A DNA stretch of 63,765 bases, counting the filler, from Octopus bimaculoides (taxonomy: Eukaryota): the NCBI RefSeq assembly GCF_001194135.2. It is 8 parts of 8 records of this genome, joined end to end, with 100 filler letters (N's around TTAATTAATTAA, not from the genome) between each part and the next. Parts side by side here need not be neighbours in the genome. Positions count along the whole stretch, not along the records: positions 5,299 to 36,598 come from NC_068981.1; 7 more parts are not named here. One strand, written 5' to 3'. The position numbers were made by a program, and so were the translations under genes. Under the pieces are notes generated by a model. The model saw nothing but the letters and a program-made list of their open reading frames with translations, ran no database searches and was not told the DNA's origin. How positions within the stretch are numbered: position 1 is the first letter of the stretch; each line of letters starts with the position of its first letter. Shown here piece by piece: positions 11,852 to 23,620 of the stretch.

Positions 11852-11878
11852 AATAATAATAATAATGACGATGATGAC

Positions 11879-11919
<41 letters not shown>

Positions 11920-11922
11920 TAT

Positions 11923-11959
<37 letters not shown>

Positions 11960-11960
11960 A

Positions 11961-12112
11961 ATAATGGTTTCAGATTTTGGCACAAGGCCTTCAATTTCAG
12001 GGAGACGTATGAGTCGATTGCATTGATCCCAAAATCCATGTAACCAATTTAGTTTTTCACCTCGGAAGGATTGAGGGCAAAGTTCACTCCGGCAGGATTT
12101 GAACTCAGAACC
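11961..12112 (-). mobile_element. SINE family B variant (diverged, 5' truncated)
   Basis: GGTTTCAGATTTTGGCACAAGG...GGCAAAGTT...TTTGAACTCAGAAC. Confidence 0.75.
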
Positions 12113-12568
12113 TAGTGAGTCGTGGTCAACTTTGGTGACGTCACTCCAGGGTCGATAAATAAAGTTTCATTCTCTCCCCTCTATCTCTTTTTCTCTCTCT
12201 CGTTACTCACACGTGATCATCGTCCATCTGTCTTTTCTTCACGGGATCATCTTTCTTTTCCTTCAAGACTGTCCTAAGGGATGGACGTATTCTATCTCTC
12301 TCTCTCCTATCTTTTCTCTTTTCAAAAGAAATATTTCTGCAGCGTTCGCTATTTTACCCTCGTTCTGGTCTAACGACCCGCCATGTTTGCTTTCGTTTGG
12401 TTTCCTTGCATGTTTCCACTGTCCTGTTTTTGTACCTAACTTTGACCCACCATAAATCCACAAGGTCGATTTTTGTGTTTCCCTCGTTATTCGCGTACTT
12501 AACTCGCTTGTTTTCATATTTCATGCTGTTTACTTTTGGTGATGTCCTGTACCCATATATGCATATGT

Positions 12569-12620
<52 letters not shown>

Positions 12621-13250
12621 NNNNNNNNNNNNNNNNNNNNNNNNNNNNNNNNNNNNNNNNNNNNNNNNNNNNNNNNNNNNNNNNNNNNNNNNNNNNNNNN
12701 NNNNNNNNNNNNNNNNNNNNNNNNNNNNNNNNNNNNNNNNNNNNNNNNNNNNNNNNNNNNNNNNNNNNNNNNNNNNNNNNNNNNNNNNNNNNNNNNNNNN
12801 NNNNNNNNNNNNNNNNNNNNNNNNNNNNNNNNNNNNNNNNNNNNNNNNNNNNNNNNNNNNNNNNNNNNNNNNNNNNNNNNNNNNNNNNNNNNNNNNNNNN
12901 NNNNNNNNNNNNNNNNNNNNNNNNNNNNNNNNNNNNNNNNNNNNNNNNNNNNNNNNNNNNNNNNNNNNNNNNNNNNNNNNNNNNNNNNNNNNNNNNNNNN
13001 NNNNNNNNNNNNNNNNNNNNNNNNNNNNNNNNNNNNNNNNNNNNNNNNNNNNNNNNNNNNNNNNNNNNNNNNNNNNNNNNNNNNNNNNNNNNNNNNNNNN
13101 NNNNNNNNNNNNNNNNNNNNNNNNNNNNNNNNNNNNNNNNNNNNNNNNNNNNNNNNNNNNNNNNNNNNNNNNNNNNNNNNNNNNNNNNNNNNNNNNNNNN
13201 NNNNNNNNNNNNNNNNNNNNNNNNNNNNNNNNNNNNNNNNNNNNNNNNNN

Positions 13251-13312
<62 letters not shown>

Positions 13313-13454
13313 AGTTGCATGCATGTGTGTATGCCGTATCACACATGTGTATATGAGACTTTGTAATCTTAAATACACGTACATATGAGCAGGTATATGT
13401 ATACGTGTATACATATGTATACATAAGTATATGTGTATGAGTGTTCTCGTATCG

Positions 13455-13493
<39 letters not shown>

Positions 13494-13519
13494 ACTCCTA
13501 CTCTCTCTCTCTCTCTATC

Positions 13520-13560
<41 letters not shown>

Positions 13561-13799
13561 ATATATATGCACATACACACAGAGATATGTGTGAATGTGT
13601 TTACCTATAAATACATACATATATACATACATACATACATACATGTAAATGTTCCCCCGTCGGTTCAACGAAAAGGATTTAGTTTTTCAAACAAGCGAGT
13701 TATCTGCTCTTGAATTAACGTGTGACTGAGGATTCCTCAGACACGTGGAAGCAGAATCATTTCGACACAATCTATTACAATTGTTCAGTACCAGATACA

Positions 13800-13975
13800 A
13801 TCCAGCCGGCAGGCTTCCTGACAATTCCCGTCTACCGAACTTTACTCCCAAACCGTCACCACGGCCGAGCCTATTAACAAAATGATGACACCCCAAGATA
13901 CCAAGCATTAAGATCGAATCGAGGACCTCCTTCTTGGGAAGCGAACATATAAGCCATTCGGGTACATAGTGTAAC
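13800..13975 (-). mobile_element. Old SINE family A-related 5' half
   Basis: The minus strand TTCGGTAGACGGGAATTGTCAGGAAGCCTGCCG resembles the family A segment TTTGGTAGACGGAAACTGAAAGAAGCCCGTCG. Confidence 0.6.
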
Positions 13976-14056
13976 ATATACACACACGTGTGTTTGTATG
14001 TGGGGGTATACACATGTGTGTGTCTATGTTTGTATATGTATGTATGTGTGTATATA

Positions 14057-14102
<46 letters not shown>

Positions 14103-14103
14103 T

Positions 14104-14139
<36 letters not shown>

Positions 14140-14174
14140 GCTGCTAGCCACCTTCGTTATTTTATACATACATA

Positions 14175-14206
<32 letters not shown>

Positions 14207-14322
14207 TGTGTATACATATATATATGTGTCTAATTACTTCTACTCAGGTATGCATACATATATGTATTCGTGTGTATATGTATGTATATAGAAATATCTG
14301 GGAGAGAGAGAGAGAGAGAGAG

Positions 14323-14399
<77 letters not shown>

Positions 14400-14943
14400 A
14401 AGGGGAGCAGAGAGCGACAAAAAATGAGAATATGAGATAGTTATATATTGGTTGACAGAAGTATTAATAGACGTACTGGTACAAATTAATGACATACGTG
14501 CATAGATAAACTTTCGACTTAGAGTAAGCAATAAATTGATTGACAGCTACGCCCTGAGAAACGTAAATGAATAGACAGAGATGTATGTGACAATATAACG
14601 ATAGATAGATAGACACATACGTATAAATAATTCGATAGACATATAAGTAAAGATACACAAATAGAGTTTATGTTATAGGAAATAGCCTTTTGATTGAGTC
14701 CATGTCAAGCGGAAATGTATAGATAAATATTAATGTGATTCTCTGTATCAATGTGTTTCCATAAATGTGCATATGTGTATTTCTGCGGTTTTCCTTTCCT
14801 CGTTGATACATATATATGTTTGTGTATATATACATATATTTTGTTAATTTATGCATTCATAATTACACACATGCACACACATACACATGTGTATACATAT
14901 ATATGAGTGTGTGTATATATGTATGTATAATATATATATATGC

Positions 14944-14987
<44 letters not shown>

Positions 14988-15882
14988 GCATATGTGTATG
15001 TATATATGTATATCCGAACCTACAGGCATTTGTTTATAGCAACAGGAAATGGCAACCGCTAACATGCATCCGTATGCACACTAATATATAAAGACATTCA
15101 AGGAGTTACAAATTCATGAGCAATTATTTATCTTTAGTGCTGTATTTTTTATACATTTATCATTTGCAATTATTTTTTTTCCAATGATTGACCATTAATA
15201 ATTATCTTATGTTATAAATATGACATCTTAAATATAATAATCAGTTACGTGCTCAGCGACTGAACGCGTAATTCTGAGTAACATCTTTCTAATAAAGTTA
15301 CTACATAGTATTTCTGTTCTGAGTACTTTAATCTTGTTTGTAAACTTAAATACTTATGGCCACTCTCATATGTACACATATATACACACGCAAAACAAAA
15401 CAGACACATAGAACTGCATTTGCACTGATTCCAAATATTTGCATTTATACACATGTATACGTACAAGAACCCTGTCCAAGTTGTTGAAATTTCATTGAAA
15501 TTTCCAATACATTGGATCTAGGTTAGAAACGGGCTCTTTCTCTATTGGCAAAAATCTAGAAAGAAAATTTAATAATAACATCACATATATCTTTAAACAT
15601 ACACGTAGCCCCACTCGCACACACAGAGAAACACATAAATATATAGGGATAGTATATACACAAACGCACGCACTCGTATATANNNNNNNNNNNNNNNNNN
15701 NNNNNNNNNNNNNNNNNNNNNNNNNNNNNNNNNNNNNNNNNNNNNNNNNNNNNNNNNNNNNNNNNNNNNNNNNNNNNNNNNNNNNNNNNNNNNNNNNNNN
15801 NNNNNNNNNNNNNNNNNNNNNNNNNNNNNNNNNNNNNNNNNNNNNNTATATATATATATATATATATTTATATACATACATA

Positions 15883-16214
15883 TATTCTTTTATTCTTTTA
15901 TTCGTTTCAGTCATTTCACTGCGGTCACGCTGGAGTACGGCGTTTAGTCGAACACATCGACCCCAGCGCTTATTCTAACGGTTCTGTTGCCGAACTGCTA
16001 GTTAAGGGGACACCAACGTCGGTTGTCACGCGATGTTGGGTGGATAAACACAGACACACAAGCATCCCCCCCCCATATATATATATATATATATATACGA
16101 CGGGCTTCTTTCCGTTTCCCTCTACCAAGTCCACTCACAACGCTTTAGCCGGCCCGAGGCTATAGTAGAAGACACTTGGTGGTAAGCAAGCTACTTACCA
16201 CACAGCCACTCCTG
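15883..16214 (-). mobile_element. SINE family A with internal deletions
   Basis: Reverse complement of 8627-9044, with an internal poly-C + (TA)n tract. Confidence 0.88.
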
Positions 16215-16558
16215 TATATACACTTAAACACATACACACTCATATATACACCCACCCACTACAAGCGCACACAACGTTTTTATATTGACCCGAACATTCG
16301 TGCTTGTGTGTGAGAGCATATAAATCTGCATGTATACGAGGAAGCCACTAACCAAGGGAAAGACGTCTAACTTGATAGTTAGACATAAAGAACAGATAAA
16401 CCTCCTTACATGATCACATTTCAAAAATATCAGAAGTAAATTGGATAAGGCAGCCCTTGATTACTCTATGAATGCAGGTTGAGAGGGCCGCAACACTGAT
16501 TGCAGAACTTTTCAATGAGAGATAATGCACGTAATTCTTATGTATAAACGCACATGGA

Positions 16559-16590
<32 letters not shown>

Positions 16591-16609
16591 ATAGATATAT
16601 AATACATAA

Positions 16610-16873
16610 TAAAGAAAAAATAAATGTGCCCGTTTTAAAGCCTAGCCAGGCTCATGGGCCAGGTTTCCCGGTTTCAATGGCGTATGTGTTCCCCAGCTGG
16701 ACGGGACGGCAGTCCATCGCAGTGTTACTCATTTTTGGTAGCTGAGTAGACTAGAACAACGTGAAATGAAGAGTTTTGCTCAAGAACACAACGCGCCGCC
16801 CGGCCCAGGAATCGAAACCACAATCTTACGATCATGGTGCTGACACCCTAACCACTAGGCTACGCGCCTCCAC
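16610..16873 (-). mobile_element. SINE family C (tRNA-derived, ~260 bp)
   Basis: On the minus strand: A box TAGCCTAGTGG, B box GGTTTCGATTCC, body TGTGTTCTTGAGCAA...CTGCGATGGACTGCCGTCCCGTCCAG...GAAACCGGG and a T-rich tail. Confidence 0.85.
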
Positions 16874-18094
16874 ACATTATACATATTAACATACATATCT
16901 AACTGAAAACACAGGGTCACCACCTGTCAACATCTTTGTGCAACATGGAGCCTCGTTATACTCCAATGAGTGATCGCTTCAGTAACCTTACATGAATATA
17001 AATATACATACATGTTTACATAGCCAAAATATATTTACGCACACATTTACACACACACATACAAACAAGTATGTATAGTTTATTTGATAATACTAGTTTC
17101 GTATTTAATATATATCAATAGACGCGTATGACCCTACGTAGCCGTGCTGATTCGTTATAAGGACGTTGTAAGCTTGTAATTGAAACTTCATAGAATGTTT
17201 ACATCTAAATTTTGGCATAAGCCGCCAATGCGTACGTATATAAGTGTGTGCGCTTGCATTAGTGTGTTTGTGTGTGCTTTCATGCATATGTGTGCATGTG
17301 CATGCGTGCCTCTGTGTGTGTGTGTGTGCGTGTATGTGAGTGTGTGTGTATGTGTGTATGTGTGTCAGCGTTGGAGACAAACTTGTGGTGAGCGAGTTCG
17401 CGTAACGAATAGAGGTAGCGATTGAAATTTCGTGTAAAAACGGCTGACTGCTGGGTCTTGTGTATAAATTTATAGAAAAACACTCACCTTATAATCTTCT
17501 TTCTTCACGGAAAGCAGTCGTGGAGTATATGTTTGTGGTATATGAACCAACACACATGAATCTGTGCGTGTGTGTGAGAGTTCATATGAACGTTTGTATT
17601 GTATCTGTGTATACGCCTATGTATGTATGTACGTACGTATGTATGTATGTGTGTATGTATGTATGTATGTACGTATATATGTATGTATATATGGCTGTAT
17701 GATATGATACGATGTGGTTTATGTTTTGGTTTGTGTCTGTGTGTCTGCATACGCTTGTTGACGCGGTTTCCTGTTTTCCTTAGGAATCGCTTTACGTCGA
17801 TATTTTCGGCAGTAAATAATGTTAAGAAATACGTTCTCAACTACCTTCTCTTCCTTACTCTCTTAACTCTCTTACTCTCTGTGGCTATCTCTCCCTCATA
17901 AACTCTATCGCTCTATCGTTCTCAATTTCTTTCAAAACCAAAATATATATCAACACTCAGTAAGTCTGTTGTTTCCTTTCTACTATATTCATAAGAAGTG
18001 AGCGCTCTAGATGGCGTCACGTGTATTTTGTTTTGTTATGGTGCGCTTGATTTGTTTGGCTTTTTGCACGACATATCCTTTCTCTCTATCGCTT

Positions 18095-18139
<45 letters not shown>

Positions 18140-18230
18140 GGAAACAGTCTCTCTCTCATTACACGTACATGTATACACACATACGCAACACATACATATA
18201 TACACGTGTGTATCTATCTATCTATCTCTC

Positions 18231-18263
<33 letters not shown>

Positions 18264-18304
18264 GCGCGTGTTTGCGTATGTTTATATACATTTAAGCATT
18301 TATG

Positions 18305-18336
<32 letters not shown>

Positions 18337-18989
18337 AGTATTATATGCGTATGTATGTATGTATGTATGTATACATATATATACATATATATACATATAT
18401 ATATATATATNNNNNNNNNNNNNNNNNNNNNNNNNNNNNNNNNNNNNNNNNNNNNNNNNNNNNNNNNNNNNNNNNNNNNNNNNNNNNNNNNNNNNNNNNN
18501 NNNNNNNNNNNNNNNNNNNNNNNNNNNNNNNNNNNNNNNNNNNNNNNNNNNNNNNNNNNNNNNNNNNNNNNNNNNNNNNNNNNNNNNNNNNNNNNNNNNN
18601 NNNNNNNNNNNNNNNNNNNNNNNNNNNNNNNNNNNNNNNNNNNNNNNNNNNNNNNNNNNNNNNNNNNNNNNNNNNNNNNNNNNNNNNNNNNNNNNNNNNN
18701 NNNNNNNNNNNNNNNNNNNNNNNNNNNNNNNNNNNNNNNNNNNNNNNNNNNNNNNNNNNNNNNNNNNNNNNNNNNNNNNNNNNNNNNNNNNNNNNNNNNN
18801 NNNNNNNNNNNNNNTATTAATTCTCCCATGAAACAATCCCGATTTTATTTGCACAATATACACGCATCGCAGTATAAAACCGCATAGATTTATTTAGCAC
18901 CAAAAACCTTTAATCAAAATGAGTGATGTTATTCTCGGATTGTTTGCATCGGCGGAACGATTAGAAGACGCCTGTTGGCGCACACACTT

Positions 18990-19046
18990 AGGATAGTTGT
19001 CATGGTAGTAGTAGTAGTAGTAGCAGTAGTAGTAGTGGTGGTGGTG

Positions 19047-19094
<48 letters not shown>

Positions 19095-19320
19095 ATGGTG
19101 GAGCTGGTGGTGGTGGTGATGGAAGTAGTAGTAGTGAATGTGGTGGTGGAAGTGTTAGAGGTGGTGGTGGTGGTAGTAGTGGCGAAAGTTGTAGGAATGG
19201 TGGCGGTCGGTGTGGTAGTTATAATAGTAGTAATGGTAGTTAGTACTAATAGTAGTGGTGGTGTTGGTGGCAGTAGTAGTAGTAGTAGTAGTAGTAGTAA
19301 CGGCGGCAGCAGCAATGACC
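18990..19320. repeat. (GTA)n/(GTG)n trinucleotide array
   Basis: Directly visible. It is the source of the poly-Val/poly-Thr ORFs. Confidence 0.92.
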
Positions 19321-19782
19321 GAGTCAAACATCTCGATTTGTGAACATATTGGTTTGCATACGCGGGCTTCTAGGTACGGAAGTTTGTCAGCGTTTCCTTC
19401 AGTGAATGCTTATGCTTCTATAGAGACGAGCGAAGAAAATGAACGAATTTGTGGAAGTGCTTGTATGAATGGATACTTCTAAGTTGCGTATAGCAATCAC
19501 CGTGAGTGTTTAATATGTTTCTGTATGCATGTAGGTATGTATGTATATCAATACACGCGGACACGCAGGTGAAGGTGTTTAGGAATATATGGAAGTATAT
19601 ACATGTGTGTCATTTGTATACGTAAGCGTATGTATGTAGATGTACACATACCCACACACATAAACATATACATACACACGCACACACATATTCGCAGATA
19701 GACAGACAGGCAGACAAACAGATATATATTATACTTAGATAGACAGAGAGACAAGTATACACACACACACACACACACACAT

Positions 19783-20010
19783 ATATTCTTTTACTCTTTA
19801 ACTTGTTTCAGTCATTTGACTGTGGCCATGCTGGAGCACCGCTTTTATTCGAGTAAATCAACCCCAGGACTTATTCATTGTAAGCGTAGTACTTATTCTA
19901 TCGGTGTCTTTTTGCCGAACCGCTATGTTACGGGGACGTAAACACACCAGCATCGGTTGTCAAGCGATGTTGAGGGTGGGGGAATAAACACAGACACACA
20001 AGCATATACA
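19783..20010 (-). mobile_element. SINE family A, 3' half (runs into the gap)
   Basis: CTTTTACTCTTTA...GTCATTTGACTGTGGCCATGCTGGAGCACCGC. Confidence 0.9.
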
Positions 20011-20841
20011 CACACACACATACATACATATATATATATATATATANNNNNNNNNNNNNNNNNNNNNNNNNNNNNNNNNNNNNNNNNNNNNNNNNNNNNN
20101 NNNNNNNNNNNNNNNNNNNNNNNNNNNNNNNNNNNNNNNNNNNNNNNNNNNNNNNNNNNNNNNNNNNNNNNNNNNNNNNNNNNNNNNNNNNNNNNNNNNN
20201 NNNNNNNNNNNNNNNNNNNNNNNNNNNNNNNNNNNNNNNNNNNNNNNNNNNNNNNNNNNNNNNNNNNNNNNNNNNNNNNNNNNNNNNNNNNNNNNNNNNN
20301 NNNNNNNNNNNNNNNNNNNNNNNNNNNNNNNNNNNNNNNNNNNNNNNNNNNNNNNNNNNNNNNNNNNNNNNNNNNNNNNNNNNNNNNNNNNNNNNNNNNN
20401 NNNNNNNNNNNNNNNNNNNNNNNNNNNNNNNNNNNNNNNNNNNNNNNNNNNNNNNNNNNNNNNNNNNNNNNNNNNNNNNNNNNNNNNNNNNNNNNNNNNN
20501 NNNNNNNNNNNNNNNNNNNNNNNNNNNNNNNNNNNNNNNNNNNNNNNNNNNNNNNNNNNNNNNNNNNNNNNNNNNNNNNNNNNNNNNNNNNNNNNNNNNN
20601 NNNNNNNNNNNNNNNNNNNNNNNNNNNNNNNNNNNNNNNNNNNNNNNNNNNNNNNNNNNNNNNNNNNNNNNNNNNNNNNNNNNNNNNNNNNNNNNNNNNN
20701 NNNNNNNNNNNNNNNNNNNNNNNNNNNNNNNNNNNNNNNNNNNNNNNNNNNNNNNNNNNNNNNNNNNNNNNNNNNNNNNNNNNNNNNNNNNNNNNNNNNN
20801 NNNNNNNNNNNNNNNNNNNNNNNNNNNNNNNNNNNNNNNNN

Positions 20842-20874
<33 letters not shown>

Positions 20875-20882
20875 CTCTCTGT

Positions 20883-21105
20883 CTGGCGGAAACGTTAGCA
20901 CGCCAGGCGTAATGCTTAGCGGCATTTCGTCTGCCGCTACATTCTGAGTTCAAATTCCGCCGAGATCGACTTTGCCTTTCATCCTTTCGGGGTCGATTAA
21001 ATAAGTGCCAGTTACGCACTGGGGTCGATATAATCGACTTAATCCGTTTGTCTGTCCTTGTATGTCCCCTATTTGTGTAGCCCCTTGTGGGTAGTAAAGA
21101 AATAA
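20883..21105 (+). mobile_element. SINE family B subfamily with an alternative 3' tail
   Basis: Family B head and body followed by AATCCGTTTGTCTGTCCTTG...CCCCTTGTGGG.AGTAAAGAAATAA. The same tail occurs at 23381-23450 on the minus strand. Confidence 0.88.
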
Positions 21106-21205
21106 AACACTTTCTGTCTCTCTCTAAGCCTTCACACTTTATCTGTCTGTCTTTCCCCCTCTTTTTCCCCACACACTCTGTCACATGTTCTTTATTGCTC
21201 TAGAT

Positions 21206-21359
21206 CAGTACTCCGCAAGAAGTATGCCGCGGCACACTAGTGTGCCACGAGATGATATATATTTCCTTATACTTTTAGTTATATTTTTAGTTCATGTGTG
21301 CCACCGAATTTTTTAAAAATTATAAGTGTACCGTAAGTTAAAAAGGTGGCGGGGCACTG
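21206..21359. mobile_element. hAT (Charlie-type) MITE, 154 bp
   Basis: Termini CAGTACTCCGCAA...GGTGGCGGGGCACTG. The 8-bp TSD CTCTAGAT/CTCTATAT fits the Charlie NTCTAGAN preference. It contains the internal palindrome GCGGCACACTAGTGTGCCAC. Confidence 0.8.
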
Positions 21360-21396
21360 CTCTATATTGTATATAGTGACAGGATCAGCCAAAATA

Positions 21397-21488
<92 letters not shown>

Positions 21489-21632
21489 CTATTTATCTGT
21501 CTATCTCCCCTCTGTCTCTTCCTCCTTTCTCTATACATGTATATAGAAAGATTGAGAGAGATTGAGAGAGAGTGAGTGTGATAGTGTGCGTGTGCGAGAG
21601 AGTCAAGGACACAGAGAGAGAAACAAAGACAC

Positions 21633-21663
<31 letters not shown>

Positions 21664-21903
21664 GAGGGAAGGAGAGGGAGAGAAAGAGAGAGAGAATCAA
21701 TAGCTAGGCTGTAAACTCTCCATCGCTTTCAACGATGACTTCTAAGTTCTCAAATCAACCACGATATAGTTTCTGGTAAGAGTGTAGATACATAAGTAGA
21801 TCGATCTTTACATTTTTTTAATATTTCGTATGATAAATGTGCTTAAATCAACGTTTGAGAACCTCTTGAGATTACGGGAATTTCCTTGTTTCATTTCTTA
21901 CTT

Positions 21904-21934
<31 letters not shown>

Positions 21935-22039
21935 ACACTCTCACACACTCTCTCTCACACACACACACACACACACTCTTTCTCTCTCTCTCTCTCTATT
22001 TCTCTCTCTCTCTCATACACACATACTTTTTGCTCTTTA

Positions 22040-23620
22040 CATTCTGAGTTCAGATCTCGACCTGGTCAACTTTGTCTTTAATCATTTCGGATTCGATAAC
22101 ATAAAGCACCAGTCAAACACCAATAAAGCCTCTCTCCCTAAATTTGCCGGTGCTGTGCCCAAATGTGAAGCCATTTGTTATATTTTAAAATTTTCGCACG
22201 AAGTCAACAATTTCGTGGGGAAGGGATAAGTCAATTACACCGACCCCTGTGATCAACTGATATGTGATTTATCGACACCGAGGATGGAACGCAAAGTCGA
22301 CCCCGGCGGTATTTGGATTCAGAATGTAAAGTCGGACGACATACCGCTAAGCATTTCACCCGGCATGCTAACGATTCTGCCAGCTCGCCGCCTTAACCAT
22401 TAATAATTTTAATTTCAGATTTTGGAACGAGGACATTGATTTCGGTGGAGAGAGTAAGTCGATTACATCGAACCCCAGTCCTCAGCTGGTACTTATTTTA
22501 TAAACCTCAGTGCTCGACTGATACTCATTTTAAAGACCCCAGTGCTTGACTGGTCCTTATTTTATCGACACTGAAAGGTTGAAAGGCATAGTCGACTTTG
22601 GCAATATTTGAACTCAGAACATAAAGGCGTACGAAATGCTGTTATGTCTTTTGCCCAGCATCCTAACGAATCAGCCAACAATGTTAAGAAAAAGGCAGCG
22701 AGCTGCCACGGCCGTTAGTGCTTCGGAAAAAATGTGTGGAGGCGTTTTGCTTTTGGCTATTTACGTTCTGATTTTAAATTCTACCGAGGTCGACTTTGCT
22801 TTTCATCCTTAACCAGTCGATAAAATAGAATACCAGTTAAGTAATGGAAATCGATGTAATCGACTGTCCCCCTTTCCCCAAATTACAGGGATCTTGCTTC
22901 TAATTGAAAGAATAATTTTTATTTTTATAAAGCATCGGATATAATACCACAAAGCACTTAGTTGCATCGTTTTACTTTTACCTTCAAAATCCATTAGCTT
23001 CGACGTTTTTCTGTCATTCTACTGAGAGACGTTAAATTAGAACCAGTCAAGTACTGGGTTGACATAAACATTTCTTCCTCAACAACATTCAAGCATATCC
23101 AGAATTGATTACTTGAAAGAACATTATTATAATGTTGAATATGGTTCTGATATTTGGCTGAAATAAGGCGGTGAGCAATTACAATAAAGATAATCGTTTC
23201 TACTCTTGGCACACGGCCCGAAATTTCGTGGGAGGGGGCCAGTCGAGTAAATCAACCCGAATACGCAACTGGTACTTAATTCATCGACTCCGAAAGGCAA
23301 AGTCGACAGCGGCGGAATTTGAATTCAAAACGTAACGACAAACGAAAAACCGCTAAGCATTTTTCCCGGCGTGCTAACGTTTATTATTTCTTTATTGCCC
23401 ACAAGGGGCTGAACATAGAGGAAACAAACAAGGACAGACAAATGGATTAAGTCGATTACATCGACTCCAGTGCGTAATTGGTACTTAATTTATCGGCCCC
23501 GAAAGGATGAAAGGCAAAGTCGACCTCGGCGGAATAAGAACTCAGAACGTAACAGTAGACGAAATACCGCTAAGCATTTCCCCCGGCGTGCTATCGTTTC
23601 TGCCAGCTCGCCACCTTTAA
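22040..23620. mobile_element. Cluster of about 7 SINE family B copies in both orientations
   Basis: Plus-strand copies at ~22040-22175 and ~22692-22915. Minus-strand copies at ~22185-22397, ~22415-22690, ~23200-23380 and ~23381-23617, plus remnants near 23000-23180. Confidence 0.85.

Noticed and set aside
16800-16873. tRNA-like sequence, also present in SINE A and B heads
   Set aside because: The A and B boxes are present, but there is no complete cloverleaf and the sequence continues into a SINE body.
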